A DNA stretch of 64,000 nt from Eledone cirrhosa (taxonomy: Eukaryota), in assembly GCA_964016885.1 (NCBI GenBank), contig OZ024750.1, positions 42,098,001-42,162,000 of the forward strand. Reading direction: 5' to 3'. The notes beneath the pieces are model-generated. The model worked only from the letters and a program-made list of their open reading frames with translations, was not told the origin of the DNA and did not search any database. A program made the translations under genes and the position numbers. Below are positions 39,296-51,968 of the stretch, one piece after another (the first letter of the stretch is position 1; each line of letters starts with the position of its first letter).

Positions 39296-39702
39296 CATTT
39301 CTACACCTGAGTAAACTAGTTATGTGAAATAAAATGTCTTGCTGAAGGACACAACATATTGCCTCCCTGGTCTGGGAATCGAACTCATGTTGTGAATCTG
39401 ATTCTCTAAGCACTAAGCCACACACCACAATTTCTTTAGAAATATGGTAATGAAACTGTTAAAGAAAAAGATGAGAGGAATTAGTTAAAATGTTAGTTGT
39501 CTCATGGTTCTAGCAGTGTATGGTAGTGGACTAGTAGCTGGGGTTGTTAGTGTGTTAGATGTGGTACCTTGTGGTGTTTATGCTGAATGTCTCTGTTCTG
39601 AGTTCAAATTCTACATCCTGTCACATAAGACTGGGGCCCTTGCAATAATACAACTGAGAAATCTATGATAGAATTGAGTTCCCTATCATTAATATATCTT
39701 AG

Positions 39703-39892
39703 AGGGCGGTGGATTGGCAGTATCGGTAGAGGGTCGGACGCCATGCTTTGAGGAATAGTTACGGCCCTTGCCATTCTCAGTTCAAATCCCGCCGAGGTTA
39801 ACTTTGCCTTTCATCCTTACGGGGGTCGATAAAATAAAGTACCAGTAATGCACTGGGGTAATTGCTGGCCTTGTGCCAAAAGTAGAAACAAT
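39703..39892 (+). mobile_element. SINE family A, full-length
   Basis: gggcggtggattggcagtatcggtagagggtcggacg...gttcaaatcccgccgagg...agtagaaacaa, with atatatcttaga/atatattttaga as a probable TSD. Confidence 0.9.
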
Positions 39893-39932
39893 ATATTTTA
39901 GAAATCTATGATAGAACTAGGTTCTCATCATT

Positions 39933-40158
39933 ATATCTGAGAAACTTCCTATGATAGTACCGGGGCTCTATCCTATGATAGAACTGTCCCTATCATTAAA
40001 ATATCTGAGAAACTTCCTATGATAGTACCGAGGCTCTATCCTACGATAGAACTGTCCCTATCATTAAAATATCTGAGAAAGTTCCTATGATAGTACCGGG
40101 GCTCTATCCTACGATAGAACTGTCCCTATCATTAAAATATCTGAGAAAGTTCCTATGA
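39933..40158. repeat. 68-bp tandem repeat, ~3.3 copies
   Basis: Unit atatctgagaaa(c/g)ttcctatgatagtaccggggctctatcctacgatagaactgtccctatcattaaa. Confidence 0.9.
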
Positions 40159-40841
40159 GATGTAACTTCATAAGAGGTTGGTTTGCAGGTGTGAGCCACA
40201 ACAACAACTAGTATTCTTCACTATTGAAGATGGTATCATTGAAGAGGGAAGGAATTCCCAGCAAAGTTAACTTTGTAGTATATATATCCTGTCAACCAAT
40301 GAATCAATAATCATATATTGTAGATCTAATCATGTATATAACACAATCTGAGAACCTTCGTTTCATTTAACGAACTTATGGTAATGTTTCTAATTTAGCT
40401 TCAAATTCCTTGGGAGATAACGAAAGTGAGTGAAAACTGATTTGGGTTTAATTAAATTAAACTGGCTTTACAGCATTGTGTTGTATCATCATCATTTAAT
40501 GTCTGTTTTTTCCATTCTGGCATGGGTTAATTTAGATTTATCCATCATCTTTCTTGAGAGGGTCGTGGGGGCAGGGTCCTCAAACACACCCTCGAGCGGG
40601 TCCTGTCAGAAGCAACCGTCTCTAACTGAATCAGAGGGATCCCTAAGCGTGATCAGCCAAACTCGTGAATGTTATCCAACCATCTTGCTCGGAGTCTACC
40701 CCTGGGTCTCCTACCTGTTTGTGTTTTGCTCGTAAAACCTGTCGTGTTGCCCGATGCACTACTGATTCTGCCAATCCACCTGTTTCTAATATAATATATT
40801 ATTCTGTCTTGGATTATTGACTTCCATTGAATGGATTTTAT

Positions 40842-40955
40842 ATCATCATTATCATCATCATCATCATCATCATTTTATGTCCACTCTTCCCTGCTTGCAA
40901 GGGTGGGACGGGTCTTATTCAGCACAGCATCTCTCCACTTGTCACGGTACTTCGT
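40842..40955 (-). mobile_element. Extreme 3' end of RTE-clade LINE
   Basis: Nearly the same sequence as 45151-45245, with a (CAT)n tail. Confidence 0.75.
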
Positions 40956-41024
40956 CATATTTATATATTCATTTTAAATATATTTTTTGTCTCTAGACTC
41001 TGTAGACTGATCCATCATCACTGT

Positions 41025-41245
41025 TTAACCCTTTAGCATTTAAACCGGCCATAACTGGCCAGAATTCTCTCACCTCTTTCTGTTCAAACTGGCCGTAACT
41101 GGCCACTCATACTTATGTTAAGGTGTTGTTCTGAAAATAATATCAAAATCACAGATTCGATATTATGCGAGATAATTCTATGAGAAATCCTTTACCACAA
41201 AAATACAACAGTATATATAGAGTAATGTAAATGCTAGAGGGTTAA
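41025..41245 (-). mobile_element. TTAA MITE family 1, complete
   Basis: ttaaccctttagcatttaaacc ... taaatgctagagggttaa. Confidence 0.85.
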
Positions 41246-41963
41246 TGTCTAAATGAAAGTGTAGTAAAGCAGAAATAATAGTTATTCTAGTTTATTTGAC
41301 CAATATCTAGACTATCAACATTTCTATATTACTTTTCCCAGACTCAGTAGATAAATCTGTTGCCTTTTACAAGATCAACTGATATCGGGTGGAATGGTAA
41401 AAATACTATAGTATTAGCTTAGTGGTTACAGTGTTTGGCTCACAATTGCAAGGTGGGTTCGATTCCCAGACCAGGTAATATGTTGTGTCCTTCAGCAAGA
41501 CACATTATTTCATGTAGCTTCAGTCCACTCAGTTGGTGAAAATGAGTTTTGTCAAAGAGACCAGTCTTGTCAAACATAGAGAAGATAGATGTTAAATGGT
41601 TATGATGGTGAGGCAAGCAGTCCCATCTTTTAAAAGGGACTGAAACTGTGTTTGAGCCTAGTACAATAGCTGTTGACAGGGATATGTTGGCTTTTTCCCT
41701 TTGTTACAGTGTCCCCCAAAAATGTATATACACTTCAGCATTTTGCCTGTATAGGTAATCAGTGTGCCTACACGTTTTGGAGGACACCCTGTATATAATA
41801 GTTATCTCAAACTGTTAATATAAATACTATACGTGTGTGTGTGTGTGTGTGTATATATAACCATCTTTTGATCTTATATTATTTATACTCCAGTCCTACA
41901 AACTGTAGAGTGCTACTTATCCGATATTTGCATTGCTTTATTGTGCTACAATAAAACTCACCT

Positions 41964-42010
<47 letters not shown>

Positions 42011-43317
42011 TATTATTAAAATTTTCATTTTGGGTTACTTTGTAACGCAATCCTACTTTAAAAAAAAATTGTGCTATTTTTTTTCCTCTAAAATTGATTT
42101 ACCAACCGTGATATTATCTACAACTCTACTGAATTTTTATAAAATTAGTAGCAGCAGCACTTTTATTAACCAAAACAGTTGTTGAAAGACCTTGTTAGTT
42201 CTAGAATATATGCAGATTCTGTGACAATTTTATGGTTGGATGCTGTTTTTTGATGCTAACTACATCCACACATAATATCAGCTACTATTGGTTGTCTTGT
42301 TGAAGAAACTAACCAGCAGTAAACCAGATGTTAAAATTTCCATAGTCTCTTCTTTTGTTGATTTATTGAAAATATTGAACAGAGTAAAGGTGACAAGTAA
42401 ACAAATATAAAAGTAAAACCTAGCTCCACTCCCTCTTATATTAGCTTTATGACCTAATTAATTAAAATCATTTTTAGTTTTAACCTTTTCCATACCAATC
42501 TTTTTTTTTTTTTTAAAAAGCTACCTCTGATTTTATAGTACAAAAATGCTGCTTTTAAAATGTTTATCATCTTCATCAGTTTTATATCTGCTTTTCCATG
42601 GGTTGAACAAGTTTTTTAGGAATTTTTACTATGACTGGATGTCCTTTTTGATGCTGTTTTTATATTTTAGTACAAGTATGTTAGATGTTGCTAATGTTTA
42701 ACATAAACAAACATCACTACTTGCTTGTTTTTAACATTTAGATTTAAATTCAAACAGTCCATTATTATAATATTATGTACACATCTTTTGTTTCAGTCTT
42801 TTGATACGAAACTGTCCCTAGTTCTGATACAAAACTGTTACTTTAAAAATTTTTTTTTTTCTAAAAAACAAAACCTTTCATCATGATTTTATGTAGGAAC
42901 ATGATTTTATGTTTCAATTACCAAGTTATTTTACCAAATCTTTCCAAATTTTTGATAATTTTCAAATTATTTGTAAAACATTTATTAGAAATATATACGA
43001 AGCTGATCTTTTGGACTTTCATGAAGCACTGTGAAGACAAAGTTGATATAAAAAGAATGGTGTACTTATGTCTGGAGATACTATAAAATAGGGGGAAGAC
43101 CCTTTCAGACGTTTTTATCCCGTTCATGACTATCTATTATGAAATATACTTTTTCAATTAAATAATACAGAATTTTGAAGGGTTTTACTCAAATGATTAT
43201 TTCATTCCTAATATAATAACGTAACATAATGGTTCTTGTATCATGTTGGAAGATATAAATTTATATAGGAATTGTTTGAAATGGGCTGGGTTTTTTTTCA
43301 TAGAACCAGGGCCAGTT

Positions 43318-43882
43318 TTGGCAGGGTTGGTACCTAAAGAGTTAAAGGTTTTCACTCTATTTGGCAGAGTTGGTATCTAAAGAGTTAAAGGTTTTCACCC
43401 TATTTGGCAGGGTTGGTACCTAAAGAGTTAAGAGTCTTCACCCTATTTGGCAGGGTTGGTACCTAAAGAGTTCAGTCTTCACTCTATTTGGCAGGGTTGG
43501 TACCTAAAGAGTTAAAGGTTTTCACCCTATTTGGCAGGGTTGGTACCTAAAGAGTTAAGGGTCTTCACCCTATTTGGCAGGGTTGGTACCTAAAGAGTTC
43601 AGTCTTCACTCTATTTGGCAGAGTTGGTACCTAAAGAGTTAAAGGTTTTCACTCTATTTGGCAGAGTTGGTACCTAAAGAGTTAAAGGTTTTCACTCTAT
43701 TTGGCAGAGTTGGTACCTAAAGAGTTAAAGGTTTTCACTCTATTTGGCAGAGTTGGTATCTAAAGAGTTAAAGGTTTTCACCCTATTTGGCAGGGTTGGT
43801 ATCTAAAGAGTTAAGGGTCTCCACCCTATCTTATTTGGCAGGGTTGGTATCTAAAGAGTTAAGAGTCTCCACCCTATCTTAT
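43318..43882. repeat. 43-bp minisatellite, ~13 copies
   Basis: Unit ttggcagggttggtacctaaagagttaaaggttttcaccctat. Confidence 0.93.
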
Positions 43883-44192
43883 AAGCCATTTTATCTCTGC
43901 TCATGAAGCACATCATTGTTTAATCACTAATCTTCCACGCTAGCATATTGACATTGTCTGAGTTCAAATCCCGCTGAGGTTAACTTTGCCTTTCATCCTT
44001 ACGGGGTCGATAAAATAAAGTACTAGTAATACACTGGAATAATTGCTGGCCTTGTGCCAAAGTAGAAACAATTATTAGATAATAAGGAAAAGATTGACTA
44101 AAACTATCCTAATTCTCGTTATACTCCAAATTAATGGTAACCATCACTGTTCACGGGAGAGCTAATTTTCATTGTTTTTTTGGTTTTTTTAA

Positions 44193-44628
44193 TACAGGTA
44201 AAATACCGTTATAATGAAATTTTTTTCAAATGCTTGATTTTTTCGTTATAAAGAATTTTTCGTTACAACAAATTCTTTTTTATACCCCGTGAATTTCGTT
44301 ATAACAGAATTTCACAGTAATTAGATAAGAAAATTGTTGGTTTCTTATTAAAGTGGAACATTGGTTCATGAACAATTTTTCCAAACAAAATGTCTCGGAT
44401 GATGACACTGTCTCCAGTAACAAACACAGAAGCCAGCAACAACGGTTGGAGTCAAGCTGGGAGTATCAACAGGAAAGTGTCACTTGCTGTGTAGTTAGTT
44501 ACTATGGTGATACCTATATGTCTCACTCTTAACATTTCGTATGGGAAAAATAGTTTCAGTTTAGAAACATTTCAGATGACAAACGACCTTCAGGAAAGAA
44601 TTAAGTTCGTAAACTGAGGTTCCACTGT
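44193..44628. mobile_element. Two degenerate pogo/Tigger-like MITEs (~44193-44319, ~44352-44628)
   Basis: Imperfect TIR pairs: tacaggtaaaataccgttataatgaa / ttcgttataacagaatttcacagta, and agtggaacattggttcatgaac / gttcgtaaactgaggttccact. Confidence 0.5.
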
Positions 44629-44701
44629 GTGTGTGTGTGTGTGTGTATATAATAAATAAATAAGAGAGATGGTTTTATTTGTACATCTTCATTTTATCTA
44701 G

Positions 44702-44771
44702 TTTGTTATACATATTTCAAAGATGTAAGGTAGTTATATAATATCTACCTTACACGTTCTCTTCAGACAAA
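44702..44771 (-). ncRNA. Type I minimal hammerhead ribozyme with extended stem II
   Basis: Reverse complement reads tttgt-CTGAAGA-gaacgtgtaaggtag[loop]ctaccttacatcttt-GAAA-tatgta-TA-acaaa. Confidence 0.75.
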
Positions 44772-44936
44772 TCGAGATGCAATTCTCCATTGATATGCTA
44801 CTAGTCTGACATGTTGTTAACCTCGCCAACCAGTACTAAGGAACAAAATCCATGGAGTGCTTCACATCTGTTTAAGAATAAGTTGGCAGATTTTTTATCA
44901 ACCAATTTTCATCATCTGAATGTATACATACATATA

Positions 44937-45113
44937 TAATTGTTTCTACTTTAGGCACAAGGCCAGCAATTACCCAGTGCATTACTGGTACTTTATTTTA
45001 TCGACCCCGTAAGGATGAAAGCAAAGTCAACCTCGGCGGGATTTGAACTCAGATCGTAAAGGGACGTAACTATGCTGGAAAACATGGCATCCGACCCTCT
45101 ACCGATACTGCCA
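44937..45113 (-). mobile_element. SINE family A
   Basis: Reverse-complement match to the family consensus, including the head. Confidence 0.85.
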
Positions 45114-45150
45114 AAATGTGTGTATATATACATATATAATGTGTGTGTAT

Positions 45151-45440
45151 ATCATCATCATCATTTTACGTCCGCTTTTCCCTGCTTGCAAAGGTTGGAC
45201 GGGTCCTATTCAGCACAGCATCTCTCCACTTGTCACAGTCCTTCGGTATCTCCTCGGTGAGTTTCAGCGATCTGAGGTCTGCTCTCACCAGCTCCGCCCA
45301 TGTTTTTCGTGGTCTACCTCTACTGCGTCTTCTTTCTACTGGGATTTCTTGGCACTTATTTACCCAGTGGTCATCCGCCATGCGCATCACATGTCCATAC
45401 CATCTCACCATCTCAGCCTTCTCTCCTGCACACCACAACT
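45151..45440 (-). mobile_element. 5'-truncated RTE-clade LINE (ORF C-terminus plus (ATG)n tail)
   Basis: ORF 45166-45438 contains RWYGHVMRM...RSRGRPRKTW...DLRSL...KWR, typical of RTE ORF C-termini. The stop codon is followed by a (TGA)n tail. Confidence 0.9.
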
Positions 45441-46111
45441 TATCCCTCTTATACCCAGTGATGTAATTATATTTATATGTTTTGGTAGTATCTATAAATA
45501 ATATAAGAATTATAAATGTGTGGTTGTATCAGTGGAAACTAATTCTTATGCTGACAAACAGAACAAAACGGTCTTATTTTCTGCTATTTCTGTATAAATT
45601 TGAGGGAAAATTCCGATGACTTTTTACTAAAACAAGCTCAGAATTTCTTCTTGTATAACCTTAAAATGACAAAGGAAAGAATCTGCCTCTTCTTCTATCA
45701 TTCACTTTCATCTTAGAGGTATTTCTTTCACAATTGATTTTTCAGTTAATGAAATCACTTATAAGACTAGAGTAGAACAAACTTGAATGTCTGTTGTTTG
45801 AGGTGATCAGATACTAAGCATTAATACTGTCTTTCTTATATTCTTTACAATATACCAGTTGTGAATTCATATTCGGCAAGATGAAAAAACAAACATACAT
45901 AAAAACAATTTAACTTTTATTATTATTATTATTTATCTATATATATATTTAAAAAAAATAATTCAAGTTTGTATTTCAGCTTCAAATAATTCTTGAATTT
46001 TTTTTTGTTTTATCATTTTAAAATTTCAAAAGCAAAAAAAAAAAAAAAAAATGGGAAAACACTTGATTTGAAATTTCCCCTCCTCCACCACACATACTGT
46101 GTGTATGTGTA

Positions 46112-46142
<31 letters not shown>

Positions 46143-46360
46143 TTGCATGTATATTGTATGTATATATGTACATGTGTGTATATATATATGTGTGTATTGT
46201 ATATGTTGTATATATATCTACACATGAAATATATATTATGAAATTATTGACGTATTTTCACAATAGCAACACAAGTTGATTTATCTGAACCTGATCAACA
46301 CTCAATAATACATGAAATATATTCATTGTTTCAGAATAACAATTAATTATACAATATGTC

Positions 46361-47106
46361 GACCTTATACAGAAGACGGGGCAGATGAGTGAACCTTATA
46401 CAGAAGACAGGGCAGATGGGTGAACCTTATACAGAAGACAGACAATATGTGGACCGTATACAGAAGACAGGGCTGATGGGTGAACCTTATACAGAAGACA
46501 GGGCAGATGGGTGAACCTTATACAGAAGACAGGGCAGATGGGTGAACCTTATACAGAAGACAGGGCAGATGGGTGAACCTTATACAGAAGACAGGGCAGA
46601 TGGGTGAACCTTATACAGAAGACAGGGCAGATGGGTGAACCTTATACAGAAGACAGGGCAGATGGGTGAACCTTATACAGAAGACAGGGCTGATGAGTGA
46701 ACCTTTTACAGAAGACAGACAATATGTGGACCTTATACAGAAGACAGGGCTGATGGGTGAACCTTTTACAGAAGACAGGGCAGATGGGTGAACCTTTTAC
46801 AGAAGACAGGGCAGATGGGTGAACCTTTTACAGAAGACAGGGCAGATGGGTGAACCTTATACAGAAGACAGGGCAGATGGGTGAACCTTATACAGAAGAC
46901 AGGGCAGATGGGTGAACCTTATACAGAAGACAGGGCAGATGGGTGAACCTTATACAGAAGACAGGGCTGATGGGTGAACCTTATACAGAAGACAGGGCTG
47001 ATGGGTGAACCTTTTACAGAAGACGGACAATATGTGGACCTTATACAGAAGACGGCAGATGGGTGAACCTTATACAGAAGACACATGTGGATCTTATACA
47101 GAAGAC
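46361..47106. repeat. 31-bp minisatellite, ~24 copies
   Basis: Unit accttatacagaagacagggcagatgggtga. Confidence 0.95.
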
Positions 47107-48887
47107 AACATCAATAAAAACCCAGGGAAAAGAACAGTTTGGAATTGAAATACAATAGAAGTGTCACCATAATATTTTGACTACGTAATAAAATCTAATA
47201 ATGGGGCATCTAATTTTTTTCTTAATTATTAAAAATGTTTTCATAGACTGAAATTTAATTACATTGAAATTCAAAAGGACTTTAGTGATAGGCAGTAGGA
47301 CAAATCAGTTGTTTGAAACCAGGTGGTTGGTCATATTCTGTTGCTCTGTGTTATGGGCAGCAGTGCTCAAGTTTGTGGCTGATACGATGAGCTATCTTCA
47401 GTAAAAAATTTTTCTTTCATATTTTAAATAAATCTCTTCTGGAGCTACAAAGAAGTTTGTATTTCTTAAATCATGAAATATCAAAGTTTAAAAAATAACA
47501 AACCAGATGAAATAGAAATTCCAAGCTAGATTTGCTAAGAACAATGATTTTGAAGAAATATTCCACGTTTCAGATTTATATCTTATCAAGTCAAAATGCT
47601 TAGATAAAATGGCTTTTTCGAATTTCAGACTTTTAAAAGTTATATTAAAGATTAATTTTTCTAATTTGTTAAATAATTTTGGTTGTCTTTTGAAAATCAA
47701 TATTTTGTTATTTGATAATAGTTTTATCGTGACATTAAAGACGATATTTTGTTTGCTGCCAAATTTCTTTGCTATTCATCATAAGGGTACTTACTACTAC
47801 ACATAATGGTACTACACGGCACTACATTAGTTCTGGGTGGAAAGAAAGAAAAAAGAAACCTAAGCTTGGTCGGGTCAAAAGTTGGGCGGCTCTCCGACCT
47901 TAGAAGGCCGGCACTTGCTACAAAAAGAAAGAAACGTGACGCTCGTACCAATAACGACGCTTTGCCTGCGTCACAGGACTTTAACTTTTGGTACACTTAG
48001 TCCCTGGGGAAGTCTTCGCGGATGGTCAGACTTCCACGGTTTAAAATTTTCTTAATTTAACTAACCCTAATGGTGTTGGCACGTGGCTTAGTGGTTAGGG
48101 TGTTGGACAAAATTATGTGGGTTCATTTCCTAGAGCAGATTGTAAGTCCTGTTCTTGAGCAAAATACTTCATTTCATGTTGCATCAGTATACTCAGCTGA
48201 AAATGAAGTACCAGCAATAGCTGGGGGTGATAGACTAGTGCCCTGTTCAGGGAGGAAGTCTTATATTCTCAGTGGCTTAACCCTTTAGCATTTAAACCAG
48301 CTGGTAGACAGATGTCAGCGCTAATACTTTTGATTTTCAAATAATTAAAAAAATAATCAAGAATTTGGGCAGAATTTTCTAATTAAGCTGGTGTTTGAAG
48401 CATAAATGGAAGGTTCTTACATAAAGATTATGATGGAAGATGTTTTATATAAATATAAACCCATTAAAATAAACAGCTTAATATTGCAGTTCTAGGGGCA
48501 ATTTAAGGTGGTACCAATCCATCCCAAATCAGCTGTGGTTCTATAAAACAACACCAGCCTATTTAAATGTTTCTTATTTAAATTAAAATCTTCCATAATT
48601 TCATATAAGAACCATATTTTAAGTTAATATTTTAATAAAATAATCAATAATTTTAGTAAATCCCTCAAGATTCTTCATTAATTGAAATATGGTTATGAAC
48701 AAATTAATATTAATACTTCATTTAGCAGTCCTCGATTGGTAGTTAATGAATGTTGGTTATCTTAGTAACAATTTTCTTCTAAAAGATTTGGTGACTATCA
48801 ATCAGCTTAGCTATTTTTTTTCTTGTTTTTGTTTTAGAACAAATCAATTTTATTTAGTTATGTTATACATGGACTTATTAATGTCAG

Positions 48888-49108
48888 AGAGAAGTTATAC
48901 AATGATGGAAATATTTTGTTATTTGTTATACATATGTCAACTATATTTTACAGACAGAAGTTATACAATGATGGAAATATTTTGTTATTTGTTATACATA
49001 TGTCAACTATATTTTACAGACAGAAGTTATACAATGATGGAAATATTTTGTTATTTGTTATACATATGTCAACTATATTTTACAGACAGAAGTTATACAA
49101 TGATGGAG
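48888..49108. repeat. 66-bp tandem repeat spanning a putative splice acceptor
   Basis: acagaagttatacaatgatggaaatattttgttatttgttatacatatgtcaactatattttacag three times plus a partial copy. Confidence 0.9.
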
Positions 49109-49175
49109 GTAACCAAATACTTGACCGACCGCTTCGTTTTCGTGCCAGACGCCATCAAGACCTCGGGTGTCTTAG
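49086..49175 (+). CDS. Probable exon (90 bp) of an unidentified host gene
   Basis: ttttacag acceptor, ag|gtaccc donor, and GC/CpG-richer than its surroundings. Two open frames: RSYTMMEVTKYLTDRFVFVPDAIKTSGVL or QKLYNDGGNQILDRPLRFRARRHQDLGCL. Confidence 0.45.
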
Positions 49176-49194
49176 GTACCCCCCTATGTCCGCT

Positions 49195-49545
<351 letters not shown>

Positions 49546-49794
49546 TGGGCTTCACATCAGTTTCTGTCTACTAAATACACTTGTTTTTTTTTTGTTTTTT
49601 TCAATGTTCTGTACAATGTATTCCAATGTGATGACACAACTCTGTGAAGATTCCTTTTAAGAACTCCACTGACAATATCTTCAGACTTTGCACAAGGAAT
49701 GGTTTTCATTTGATGTTTTTTTTTTTTTGTAGATAGCTAGACAAAGCCGTTAGTGTGTATGTGAGACATAACTAAGTGTGTGTATGACCTAGTA

Positions 49795-49826
<32 letters not shown>

Positions 49827-50426
49827 AAGTCATAGCCGTGTGTGTGTGAGATATAACTATGAATGTGTGTGTGTGAGAGATATAACTGTATGTGTGTGTG
49901 TGAGAGAGATATAACTGTATGTATGTATGTATGTATGTGTGTGAGAGAGAGAGATATATAACGTATGTATGTGTGTGAGAGATATAACTGTATGTATATG
50001 TGTGTCTTACCAGAACCAGGGTGGTAGGATTTATTTAAATCTGGACTCGAATCCTTGAAAAGTTTCTGTTAATATTTTCTGTGTAAAAAAAGCTGAGATA
50101 TAGGAAGACATTGTTGTTGAACAGAAAAAGGTTTCAAATCATTCTAGCCACAGGGAGACTTGTTTTTATAGCAAGATATAGACAATAAATACGCACTGTG
50201 TGTGTACATACACATACATACATTTACACACACACACACACACACACACACCCACACCCACACCCACACACACACACACATTAGTGTATGTATACACATA
50301 CATATATGTGTATAGATATATATATATATATATGTGTGTTTGTGTATGTATACATGTGTATGTATACTTGTGTATGTATATATGTGTTTGTATGTATATA
50401 TGTGTGTGTATGTATATGTGTGTGTA

Positions 50427-50467
<41 letters not shown>

Positions 50468-51410
50468 ATATATATATATGTGTATATATATATGTGTGTG
50501 TATATATATATGTGTGTATATATATATATGTGTATATATATATATATGTGTGTATATATATATATATGTGTGTATATATATATATATGTGTATATGTGTA
50601 TATATGTGTATGTATATATATATGTGTATGTATATATATGTGTATGTATGTATATATGTGTATGTATGTATATATATGTGTATGTATGTATATATATGTG
50701 TATGTATGTATATATATATGTGTATGTATGTATATATATGTGTATGTATGTATATATATATGTGTATGTATGTATATATATATGTGTATGTATGTATATA
50801 TATATGTGTATGTATGTATATATATGTGTATGTATGTATATATATATGTGTATGTATGTATGTATATATATATGTGTATGTATGTATATATATATGTGTA
50901 TGTATGTATATATATATGTGTATGTATGTATATATATATGTGTATGTATGTATATATATATGTGTATGTATGTATATATATATGTGTATGTATGTATATA
51001 TATGTGTATGTATGTATATATATATGTGTATGTATGTATATATATGTGTATGTATGTATGTGTATGTGTATGTGTATGTATATGTATGTGTATGTATGTA
51101 TATGTATGTGTATGTATGTATATATGTGTATGTATGTATATATGTGTATGTATGTATATATATGTGTATGTATGTATATATGTGTATGTATGTATATATA
51201 TGTGTATGTATGTATATATATGTGTATGTATGTATATATATATGTGTATGTATGTATATATATATGTGTATGTATGTATATATATATGTGTATGTATGTA
51301 TATATATATGTGTATGTATGTATATATATATGTGTATGTATGTATATATATATGTGTATGTATGTATATATATATGTGTATGTATGTATATATATATGTG
51401 TATATATATA

Positions 51411-51968
51411 CATGGTCGGGTCGTTGGCGACTAAACTGGCAACCCCATCAAGGTTTCTTGGTGAGGAGGGTGACTTTGGACATCCTGCAGGACTAAAAAC
51501 AAAACCTGTCAAAGGGCAAAGGAGCTCTTAAGTGTCAATGGCCATCCAAAATCACTGGGAGAGATGACCCCTTAGCCTTTGTCAAGGCAGAATTCTAGGA
51601 GAAGGAAAACTCTGATATAACACCTGCAACCCTGATGGTATCCAATGATGTTGACTAGTTCTTCTTTTTGGTAAATATCATCTTGGTTAAGAGAGTGGGA
51701 CTGGCTTTGTGCAGTGCCTTTGCTCACTATAAAAGCTTCACGGCACAGGCATTGCTTTATATCTGGAGATCTCTCCGCACTTGTCGTCACATGGTACCAT
51801 GGGCCCAACACTATGTGTCAATAGTTGTCACAGGTGTAGTGTTTGTACCAGAGTTTTCAAGTCGCTGGCTGGACTAAAAAGTCACACTCGTTCAGCGCAT
51901 CGGTAGGGGTTCTCCTACATGGATATAAAGTAGTGGTCGTACTCGAAAACGAGTTGGCAGCCACCATG
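51411..51968 (+). mobile_element. Non-coding retroelement fragment, resembling an RTE-type UTR
   Basis: Motifs tcgttggcgactaaactggcaacccc, actaaaaacaaaacctgtcaaagggc and ctaggagaaggaaaactctga recalled from RTE-associated repeats. Its first ~40 nt are homologous to 63141-63180. Confidence 0.5.

Noticed and set aside
39703-39795. tRNA gene
   Set aside because: The A/B-box-like head continues into the SINE body found in many copies; it is not a standalone cloverleaf.
40189-40268. Possible exon (CEPQQQLVFFTIEDG...)
   Set aside because: The acceptor is plausible but the donor is weak, and no protein is recognisable; it cannot be supported without RNA data.
51960-51968. Perfect Kozak GCCACCATG opening a long frame
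   Set aside because: It leads straight into simple repeat, with no protein-like sequence.
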